Both the position numbers and the translations under genes were made by a program. Under the pieces are notes generated by a model that worked only from the letters and a program-made list of their open reading frames with translations, ran no database searches and was not told the origin of the DNA. From positions 990,001-1,022,000 of the forward strand of contig NC_008312.1 of the NCBI RefSeq assembly GCF_000014265.1: DNA of 32,000 bases, in the 5' to 3' direction. The stretch is from Trichodesmium erythraeum IMS101 (GTDB lineage: Bacteria > Cyanobacteriota > Cyanobacteriia > Cyanobacteriales > Microcoleaceae). Shown piece after piece: positions 9,870 to 19,356 of the stretch; the first letter of the stretch is position 1; each line of letters opens with the position of its first letter.

Positions 9870-11150
9870 GTAAAAAAAAGTAATTGCGATTTCAGTTGTG
9901 GAAGTTTTAGAAAGGTTAGCCATTACTTTTTTTATGACTAAATCCTTTTTTGCCGCCGGTCAAATTTACCTTCAATATGGTGACGTAATCTTTCATCGCT
10001 CCTGAGCTTGTTTTTCTGTTCTTTATCAATATTTTTGGGTGCTATTCCCTAATGAACCACTGATTCTAATACCTTTGTCTTTATATAATTTTCGGTTTTC
10101 TCATGTTAGCTAAATTTGGTCTGCATTAACTAACTCTGGGTCATAACCTATGTAGTTTTTCCACTCTTCAACATCAGCCTTTAAATCTCAAGATTCGTTA
10201 TAGTTATTCCAACTTATTCTATGTAAAAATATATATCCATCCATAGAACTTGCAGATACTTTGGCTCCAAATTATGTATCTTTTCCACTTTTTACTGTTA
10301 CTATTTAATGTACATTAGTTTGATTTAAACTTACTATTATCTCATCTATTTGTTGTTCTTTGTTCTCTTACATCAATTTTTGTTGACGCTAAATTTCACA
10401 GAAATCCAACAATGTTTTATATTGTCTAATACTCAAACTTTTATGACAGACACCATTCTCAATTAATAGCCTTTTGGGTACTTAAGTTTTTACTTAAATA
10501 TTTCAGTTTTTTTTGATGGTTTTCCCGATAGTCCTAGAAGTTCGTGGTCTTTTTTTGCCTACCTTTAGATATTTTTTTCTTGCTGTTTAACGGTGAGTAA
10601 TGGGTTTTTGGTAAAACTGGCTTTTAATAGCCTTTTAAGAGAATATCTTAGATGATTTCGGTTTCAATTATGCCATGATTTAATAGATTTAAGTCCGTCG
10701 GATAGCTGGGAGTGCAGGTGGCATATTAAATTAATTTACCTTAATTTTTACACTCCTTTATCTCTTCTAATAAGGTTCTTTTTTTTTCTTCATATTACTT
10801 ATTTTTCACCATATATGAATTAATTTTATTGATTAAATCTGCGCCTATTATTTTTCTAAAATAAACCAAAATTAAAGCATAAAAAGTCTCTTATTTTCTA
10901 TATAATTTAAGATAAATAAACTATTGTAAACAGGGGTTTTCCTTAATTTATTATACTTTTTTACTATCCCTTATATCTAGTTTTTATTTAATAATTAACG
11001 CCCCTAACTCTATTCTAAAATTTAATCTAGGTGCTCCTAGGCATGGTATAGAAAAAGATTGCATATACATTTTCATATTTTTCCCAAGGAATTAAACTAG
11101 CCATTACTACCCAAGGATTTTCTGGGGATAATTAGGCATTGAACGGCAGT
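9870..11150 (-). pseudogene. Heavily decayed IS5/IS1182-like (DUF772-type N-terminus) transposase remnant
   Basis: Reverse-strand translation across several frames, with many stops, gives ASLIPWEKYENVYAIFF, then ICHLHSQLSDGLKSIKS (compare DATC.P..I.YPTDL.LL), and a C-terminal HHIEGKF..AKKDLVIKKVMANLSKTSTTEIAITF (compare IEGKFGQ.KR.FGL.R.M.KL..TS...I...F). The family call is by remembered motif pattern only. Confidence 0.5.
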
Positions 11151-12048
11151 TAAAAATATTCTGCTGGAGTGTCATGTTAGCCTACTTTTCTGTACATTTT
11201 TTGTACATTATATATACCTGGTTATTAGTCTATTTTAGCTGAAAATTGGATACTATTTCTGATTAAAAATATCTAAAATTATTATTGTGTAATTTTTTGA
11301 GATTTATTCAGCAAACCCTAATTACTTTAACTAGACAGTAATATACAATTTGGTAGCATTGGTATAATTAGATAGTTAGTTAAACTCATCACTCAAAACT
11401 AAAAACTCACAAGTCAGGAGGAAAAAAAACTTAGTAATATTTGAAGGCTGGGCTGAATATGAAATATTTTTTCACACCAAATTAAGCGGATTTGATAGGA
11501 TTTTATAAAATCATTTTACATATTACATATATAGTTTATTTGAAAAATATTTGTAATATTATTCTTACAATTAGTAAAACATAGTTGTTTTCATAAATTC
11601 ATAAATAGTTAACAGGATATTTGATATGAATATTAATTTTTAATTGGGAAAAAAATTACTACTTGTCAAATAAATAAGAAGAAAGAGATAGTAATTAGCT
11701 CGTAGGCTGTCACAATTAAAAAAACTATAAATTTAAATTAACTCCGAAACTGGTATTATTTTGTTCCGCAATTCTCTAAAAAGCCAAACCAAAAATTAGC
11801 AATATAGGTGGAAAGTATAAAAATAAGATTGTTATAGTCGTGATAATGACTGTTGTGATCTACTTAAATTATTTGATGGTAGGTTTCGTTACTTAATTGC
11901 GTAAATAACTAAATGTTATTCCTTCTGTAATTGTGTTATTCACAGCAATAATTTTACTTTCAACTTACTTTCGGACTAATTCTATATTTATATGGTTAAC
12001 TATAATGTTTATATTCTATTCATTAGTACAATAAATTGCTAAATAAAG

Positions 12049-14481
12049 ATGTCTCAAGAAAAAAAATATTGGCAAATCCTGAGTTCCAATCATCCACCTT
12101 ATTCATTTATTGAATCTTTCAAAAGCTATGTACCAGAATTATCGGGAAAATATCTAGCACAATTATTATGGCAACGTGGAATTAAAAATCCTGAAGATAT
12201 AGCATCATTTTTAGATCCGAAACAATATAAACCAGCTAGTTTTTCAGCATTTGGCTCAGAAATTAATAATGCCGTAGCAAGAATTATTTCTGCTAGAAAT
12301 AATCAAGAAAAAGTTGCTATCTGGGGAGATTTTGATGCAGATGGGATTACGTCAACATCTGTACTATGGGATGGATTAGGAGAATTTTTAGATAAAATAG
12401 ACCAACTAACTTATTATATTCCTAATAGGTTTACAGAATCTCATGGTTTGAATTTTTCTGGAATAGAAAGGTTAGCTAAAAAAAATTATAGTTTGATAAT
12501 TACCTGCGATACAGGTAGTACAAATATTGCCGAAATAGAATATGCAAATAGTTTAGGTATAGATATAATTGTTACTGATCATCATACTATTCCCACAAAA
12601 CGCCCACCGTTATTTGCTATTATTAATCCTCGCTATTTTTCTCAAGATCATCCCCTATATAATTTATCTGGAGTTGGAGTAGCTTATAAGCTTATAGAGG
12701 CACTTTATTTAACTCATCCGGAAATACCTCAACTTCCCCTAACAGAATTATTAGATTTAGTAGCTATTGGTTTAATTGCAGATCTAGTTGAACTAAGAGA
12801 TGACTGTCGTTATTTAGCACAAATAGGTATTGAAAAATTAAGGACACAATTACACAAAACTACCAGGCCAGGAGTTGCTAAACTTTTAGAATTGTGCCAA
12901 AAAACAGGCGATCGCCCTACAGATATTTCTTTTGGTATTGGCCCTCGAATTAATGCTGTAAGTAGAATTATGGGAGAGGCCAGTTTTTGTGTGGAACTAT
13001 TGACAAGTCGTAACCCTCAACATTGTCAAAAACTAGCGTTACAAACAGAGTTGGCTAACTCTAGGCGCAAGTCTCTAGAAAAAGAAGTAGCTAAAGATAT
13101 TGCCCAAAAATTGACAAAACTAGACCTTTCTACGACTCATGTCATAGTTCTGAGTGATCCTCAATGGCCTGTTGGTGTGCTAGGATTAGTGGCAGGCCAA
13201 ATAGCTCAAAAGTATGGTCGTCCTACTATTTTATTTAGTGAGGAAACTGAAGTTACTAAAACTTCTGAAAAAAAATTATTAGCTCGCGGTTCTGCCCGTT
13301 CTGTTGGTAATATAAATCTTTATGAGTTGGTGAAAAATCAAGCACATTTGTTACATAATTTTGGCGGTCATCCTTTTGCTGCTGGTCTGAGTTTACCAGT
13401 AGAAAATATTTCAATATTTACAGATGCTATTAATCAGTTATTGGGAGAAATATTAGGGGTCACTTTTAACCAAACCTCAGTAATAGAAGTAGATTTAATT
13501 ATCACTGTATCTGAGTTAGGTAGAGATTTATTTCAAGAACTAAAGCTTTTGGAACCCTGTGGTATGGGAAACCCGGTGCCTAAACTTTTAATTCAAAATT
13601 GTTGGTTTACTGATATTTGGCATCAGAACCAAACAGACATGGAGGGAAATAAAGTCAGATATATTAAAACAAATTTTGAAATTTGCGATAAGTCTATAGA
13701 TAAAGGGTTTCCTGGTATTTGGTGGGGTCATTATAAGGAAGAAATTCCTGAAGAAATATGTGATGCTGTTCTAGAATTAGATTTCAATGCTAAAAAAAAA
13801 TGTTATGAAGCTCGACTTATTGCTGTACAACCCAATTCCCAAGATAGTCAAGTCGTAGCATCGAACACCGTAAATTGGATATTAGACTGGCGCAATAATA
13901 GTCAACCTCTTTTTGAAAATAAAAACTCAAAGTTCCTAAATAAAAATTATAGTGACACGAATGAATCTAAGTTATCCCTTCGCGAAAATGAAAAAGACTT
14001 AATTGTTCTTACCCAATGTCCCACAAACTGGAATGATTTACGCATCTGGTTCCGACGAGCAATAAATCAACAAAAAAAACTAGCGATCGCTTACTCCCAA
14101 CCTTTTATTACCCACCCTCTACAAATCTGGCAACAACTTCTGGGAATTGCCAAATATCTTAGCCGTACAGGTCAACCTGTAACTCCTGATCAATTGGTAA
14201 AAAAGTTAAGTATTAGTGATACTACTCTTAAATTAGGTTTAATAGCATTACAATATTTTGGATTTAATGTCAAGTATAAAGATAAATATTTTTACATTAT
14301 TCAGAGTCAAAGCCAAAATCAAAAATTAGAAACTTTATCCCAAACAGTCCAAAAGTTCCTCGCAGCAGTATCAGAAGAACAATTTAGGGAAAAATACTTT
14401 TGTGAAGTGCCCCTAAAAATAATAGAAGCGATCGCAATTCAAACAATTTTAGAAGATGCTAATAGTTCTATTCCCTTCTAG
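12049..14481 (+). CDS. recJ: Single-stranded-DNA-specific exonuclease RecJ (with long C-terminal extension)
   Basis: 810-aa ORF. DHH-family motifs: VAIWGDFDADGITS, IITCDTGS, IIVTDHH, GLIADLV. DHHA1 motif: GGHPFAAG. Confidence 0.9.
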   Translation: MSQEKKYWQILSSNHPPYSFIESFKSYVPELSGKYLAQLLWQRGIKNPEDIASFLDPKQYKPASFSAFGSEINNAVARIISARNNQEKVAIWGDFDADGITSTSVLWDGLGEFLDKIDQLTYYIPNRFTESHGLNFSGIERLAKKNYSLIITCDTGSTNIAEIEYANSLGIDIIVTDHHTIPTKRPPLFAIINPRYFSQDHPLYNLSGVGVAYKLIEALYLTHPEIPQLPLTELLDLVAIGLIADLVELRDDCRYLAQIGIEKLRTQLHKTTRPGVAKLLELCQKTGDRPTDISFGIGPRINAVSRIMGEASFCVELLTSRNPQHCQKLALQTELANSRRKSLEKEVAKDIAQKLTKLDLSTTHVIVLSDPQWPVGVLGLVAGQIAQKYGRPTILFSEETEVTKTSEKKLLARGSARSVGNINLYELVKNQAHLLHNFGGHPFAAGLSLPVENISIFTDAINQLLGEILGVTFNQTSVIEVDLIITVSELGRDLFQELKLLEPCGMGNPVPKLLIQNCWFTDIWHQNQTDMEGNKVRYIKTNFEICDKSIDKGFPGIWWGHYKEEIPEEICDAVLELDFNAKKKCYEARLIAVQPNSQDSQVVASNTVNWILDWRNNSQPLFENKNSKFLNKNYSDTNESKLSLRENEKDLIVLTQCPTNWNDLRIWFRRAINQQKKLAIAYSQPFITHPLQIWQQLLGIAKYLSRTGQPVTPDQLVKKLSISDTTLKLGLIALQYFGFNVKYKDKYFYIIQSQSQNQKLETLSQTVQKFLAAVSEEQFREKYFCEVPLKIIEAIAIQTILEDANSSIPF

Positions 14482-14526
14482 TTGCTCTACAATAATTAAA
14501 GTTGTGACACAAAATCGCTACTAATT

Positions 14527-16728
14527 ATGCTCATTTGTCCCCAATGTGAGTTGGAAAATCCTGATAATCATAGATATTGTCAAAAATGTGGTGTATCCTT
14601 AACCCACAAAAATTGTCATCAATGTGGATCGCAAGTCTCCTTGAAAGCTCTACAATGTCACAACTGTGGAGTCTATACAGGTCAAGTATGGAAGGCCATT
14701 ATTTACTATCAAAAAGAAGTAGCCACTCCTAGTATACCAGAGATTAGTGTTAATAATCTCAGCCAACAAGAATTCATGACAGGAGAAAAGCCCCTAGATA
14801 ATGATTCTTTAGAATCAGCAACTAAAATTATTGGAGAAGAATCTGAAAAAATTTTAGAATCCTCTCATAATTTGGACGAAAAAATTAAAATAGAAGATGA
14901 TTATCAATCTAATAATACTTTTGGTACATCAGCTTCAGATATAGAAGTAGAAGAAACTCAACCGAAAGCAATAGGAAACTCAGATAATTCAGAATTAACA
15001 ACTACAGATATACTTAATCTAGTGTGTGAAACAGTAAACACAGAGAATCAATTATCCTTAAACGATACAAAAATTCTCTCTACTCCTTCAATTGAAAAAT
15101 ACTTAGACCCTAAACAACGCTACCAAGTATTGGAAACTATACCAGTGAATAACCAAGGTCAAAGAGTAGTTGTGGAAGTATTAGACCGTTACCCACTAGA
15201 AGAAACCCCAATTCGAGCTTGGTTGAAAAATAACTCTGATAGCTTTAAACAAATAACTCCTAAAGCTATGGAAGCTTTAATTATCCCCATAATTGCCCAA
15301 CCTTATATAGCTTTACAGACCCAAATACCTCAAAATTTGCCAACTATTCACGATAGCTGGCGATCGCACTCCATAGAACGTTTGCGATGTCACTCCAAAG
15401 AAATACTACTTTTGGCAGACTATAGCAGTTGGCCACGATTAGTTGATCTCTGGGGAAACCAGCAGTTGCCCCAACTACAAATTTTATCGTGGTTGGAACA
15501 AATGACCGAACTGTGGATAGCCTTAATGCCCTGGGATTGTTGTCAAAGTATACTCGAAGATGAAAATCTCCGAGTAAATCAAGTAGATAATAATTATATC
15601 AAGTTGCAAAGCTTGTACTCAAAACCTGGAGAACCTAAAACTCTAGAAGATTTAATGTTATTCTGGCAGCGGTTATTTGAGCAATCCCAACGTACAAAAT
15701 TTGGTTGGATAACAGCTTTATTTCAAGATTGGCGAAATGGTGAAATACAAACTATTGAACAATTGCGATCATATATAATGAATACTCAAGATAATTTACA
15801 GTCTCAGGCACCTGCTAAATCTGCACCGACATTTTTGCAAGCAGATAATTCTGCCTCAAAAATACCAGATGATGTTGAAACTCAAGAAACTGAGCTATTG
15901 CCAACACAATTGATTAGTTTGGAAAGTTCGAGTAAAAGTGATGTAGGCAGTCAACGTGATCATAATGAAGATGCTTTTGGGATTCAAACTCAGATAGAAA
16001 GTCAGGAAACATCAATTGAAAAAATTATTCAAGCTAAAGGAATTTATATACTTTGTGATGGTATGGGAGGACACGCTGGTGGAGAAATAGCTAGTCATTT
16101 AGCAGTAGACAGTATTAAACAATATTTTCAAACAGAAAGTAGTTGGTCAGTAGGTTTGCCTTCAGAGGAAACAATTCGTGAAGCAGTTTTACAGGCGAAT
16201 GAGGTAATTTACGATCTTAACCAACAAGAAGCCCGTTCTGGTAGTGGTCGAATGGGTACTACTTTAGTTATGGCAATGATTTATGATACAGAAGTAGCTG
16301 TAGCTCATGTAGGGGATAGTCGTTTGTATCGTTTTTCTCGTGAGGGAGGATTAGAGCAGATTACTCTAGACCATGAAGTAGGTCAAAGAGAAGTTAATCG
16401 CGGAGTTGAACTACAGATAGCTTATGGTCGCCCTGATGCTTATCAATTGACTCAAGCTTTAGGACCACGAAATGAAAATTTTGTGAGGCCAGATATACAG
16501 TTTTTGAATCTCAAAAATGATACTTTATTAATCTTGGCGTCTGATGGTTTAACAGATAATCAGCTTCTGGAAAACAATTGGCAAACTCACCTGAAACCAC
16601 TTTTAGACAAACAAGCTAATTTGGAATTGGGTGTAAGTAAATTAATTGATTTGGCAAATCAATATAATGGTCACGATAATATTACAGCAATTGTTATTCG
16701 TGCTTTAATAAAGCCAGAAAAAGATTAA
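14527..16728 (+). CDS. Double zinc-ribbon / degenerate kinase-like domain / PP2C (PPM) Ser/Thr phosphatase fusion protein
   Basis: 733-aa ORF starting 45 nt after recJ. N-terminus: CPQC..(x10)..CQKC and CHQC..(x9)..CHNC. The middle region (aa ~198-415) aligns by eye to the kinase fold but lacks the G-loop, HRD and DFG. C-terminal PPM motifs: [49 protein letters not shown]. Confidence 0.85.
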   Translation: [733 protein letters not shown]

Positions 16729-17014
16729 AGAAATTATGACTTAAGTAGATCGAGTAGATCGGAAGTATTCGGTAACTCCCCAAAACTTGATTAAGGGCGT
16801 TGCGCAATTACGAATGATTAGGATAATTGAGGAATTTGCGTATCTTTCAAATAGAGCAAAGTGCGCTGGTGTATTTACAATTTTTGTTAATGAGGGCCTA
16901 TTTTAAAGGGTTTGGACTGTAAATATGCCTAAGCTCACTTCTATAGTAGATCAGGAAAGAAACTGCCAATTCTCAACATATCAATTGACTTGGAGTAGCA
17001 TAAAGTTTTGCGAT

Positions 17015-17147
17015 ATAATATCAAATCCGTTGGTTTCGGGGTAATATAATTCCTATTGTCATTAAGGACAAACGGTTGCTCATTCCTAGAATTTCAACTT
17101 ATTACTCCTCAATATGGAATTATACCAATGCTACCGGGTTTGATATA
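17015..17147. repeat. MITE-like element copy 1 (~133 nt) bounded by TATCAAATCCG-type inverted termini
   Basis: The left end ataatatcaaatccg (17015-17029) is identical to 20806-20820. The right end ctaccgggtttgatat (to 17146) is the imperfect inverted complement and matches ctaccggatttgata at 20925-20939. Confidence 0.5.
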
Positions 17148-17829
17148 AAAAACCCACACCATCTGTCTTAAACGGTAGTATTCTTCTACTCAAGGACTTA
17201 CCCAAAGGCACTATATATAGTGCATGACAATTTTGACGATATACACTGTTTTAAATGGTATTTTCTTATAGTTTATAGCCATTTTATATCATTTATTAAA
17301 CACTTTTTTATTTTTATTTTTTTGTCAGTATCTGGTATAAACTGCATAATATATAATCCATAATTGTTCATTCCTTGATTAAAATATATACAATTAACTA
17401 TTCCAAGACCCACTAACTTCACAGCTAATATAAAGCAAATAACTTGATGTTCATTACCACTATATTGTCATGGTATACGCTGAATATTATACCCATATTT
17501 TTTATTAATTACTGTGTCATAAAATATTAAATAAGCTGCTGTATCTGTACAAATTCTTATTGAACATTTCCCCAGTTTTTCTTGTGAATTTAAAGACTAA
17601 TATCTTAAATAACGGTTTATTGTATCTATGGCTAATATTTTCCCTCTGGGTTTGCTAAGGAGCATTATTGTATAATTCTTGTGATATTTAAGTAAATATT
17701 GACGAGTTACAACAAACATTAAAATCCATGTTTTCTTGCAACTAATATAATCATGTCATTATTGTTTAATAATTAAGGATTTTTAGCAAATCCATTTAAC
17801 AAATGTAACCTGATTTTAATATATATTAA

Positions 17830-18430
17830 AAGTAATATCTATGCGAAAAAAACTAATTATAGTATTGACAATTTCATTTTGGCAGTATACCAGATATAGC
17901 TTACCTGCGTAAGTCCTGTACTCTTGTCATCGCTGTTTTGCTGGCCTGGTGGTTACAATCATCTTATAAGCAAGGATAAAAGAATACGCGTCAGAGTTGG
18001 TGGAATCATCTGCCTATGCCTTATAAGTGTGAAGTTAACAGCGGAGCGATCGCCTATCACCAACTTCAAAATTCCTGGCATTTGGCTATTTACAACTGTC
18101 CAGACCCAAATTGATATTTTTTTTTAGCTCACGCGCATTTTAAAGTTCATTAAGAGTAAGCAGTTTCAGGATCTCAAACTTCTTTAGTTTTAATATGTAC
18201 TTAGTACAAGCTCTACCCAGTTAAGCACCGTCCAAGAAGGAAATATCAGTCACTCTCTCAATGGCTCGAAATTCCATGGCGTTAAAGGAGATTTATAAAC
18301 AAAGCTCTTTAAAATCATAACTATAACCGATAGGACAAAAGTTTTCTCACCCATTGACGGCCACACTCACGACACAAATAACTCTGTTTTTCCTGATAAA
18401 GGCCATTGTGCCTACTTTATGGCTTTAACA
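17830..18430 (-). pseudogene. Decayed IS1-like transposase remnant
   Basis: Reverse-strand translation gives QSYLCRECGRQWV (Zn-finger region), then GYSYDFKELCL.ISFNAMEFRAIERVTDIS (HTH region), then KKISIWVWTVVNSQMPGILKLVIGDRSAVNF. Frameshifts and stops separate the pieces. The pattern matches cyanobacterial IS1-family transposases as I remember them. Confidence 0.45.
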
Positions 18431-18805
18431 ATAAGGACTATCTATTTCTCAATAAAATTATAGAATATCATTTTTTCCACGATCCAATACCCTTTTCTTT
18501 TTAAGGAAAGGTAATTAGGGCTTCCTAATTAAATCCCAAAGCATTAACTAATATTTACGAAACGCTTTTTTTTTGCATTTAAAAAGTACTTGGTATCATC
18601 TTCAAAACTTTTACATAAGTTAGAATTTTGGGCAGAATGATTGTGGAGGGCCGTAAGGGACAAATATCTCCGACTATCTCCACCTCCTATATGATTCGAC
18701 CTTCCTCTGTACAGATTTTGTATGCAAAGTCTTTACCTACTCCCCTACTTTTTAATAAGAGCAAACCCTCATTAATTCTTGCTGACTATGGCAGTTTTCA
18801 TTACT

Positions 18806-18900
18806 CAAAAATGCAGAGATATTAGCTTAAAGCCAGAAGGCAGATAGCAGAAGTTTTGTAGTACAAAAGTGAAAACTATCCTTCGTTTAACTCTCAAAGC
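18806..18900. repeat. Dispersed intergenic repeat, copy B (partner at 6604)
   Basis: caaaaatgcagagatattagcttaaa, followed by gccagaaggcagatagcagaag, then agtgaaaac and taactctcaaa, collinear with copy A. Confidence 0.6.
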
Positions 18901-18980
18901 ATTGACATATTGTATCTTTAGACTTTTGAAATTAAAAATTTGCAAGCTGTCTACGAATACCCACTGTAGAAAAACTTTAG

Positions 18981-19018
18981 GGAATTGGGAATTAGGAATT
19001 GGAAATTGGGAGGAATTG
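18981..19018. repeat. Degenerate heptamer tandem repeat (GGAATTG family), STRR-like
   Basis: Reads ggaattg ggaatta ggaattg gaaattg ggaggaattg. Confidence 0.7.
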
Positions 19019-19326
19019 ATGTGAGAAAAGTATTTTTACTAGAGCTAATTAATGAAACTTGATATTAATCAGGTGTGAATGAGACTCACACACTAAAAAA
19101 ATCGGCAAATTTTGGTCAATTTCCCTCATCTTCCCCACTCGGATACATCATTAACTTATAATACTTTGAAACAGCCATGCTAATTATTAAGTATTAATTG
19201 TTATATCAATTCATAAAAATAATGCTATACTTTCCTAAGGTTTTATTTATTAAGTAATAAGTAACCAAGAACAATGTTTTTTAGGATTTGTAGGCATAAA
19301 GTGTAAAGATATCTTATGCGGTCGAA

Positions 19327-19347
19327 CCCTACTCCCTACTCCCTACT
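19327..19347. repeat. Perfect 3 x CCCTACT heptamer repeat immediately upstream of the kinase gene start
   Basis: Reads ccctact ccctact ccctact, ending 9 nt before GTG 19357. Confidence 0.85.
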
Positions 19348-19356
19348 AATTAGATC

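Noticed and set aside
17924-18127. 67-aa + strand ORF
   Set aside because: It is antisense to the IS1-like transposase remnant. Its start is a TTG rather than an ATG and there is no RBS.
18628-18825. 65-aa + strand ORF
   Set aside because: It has a TTG start, no RBS, and runs into dispersed repeat copy B. I recognise no motif.
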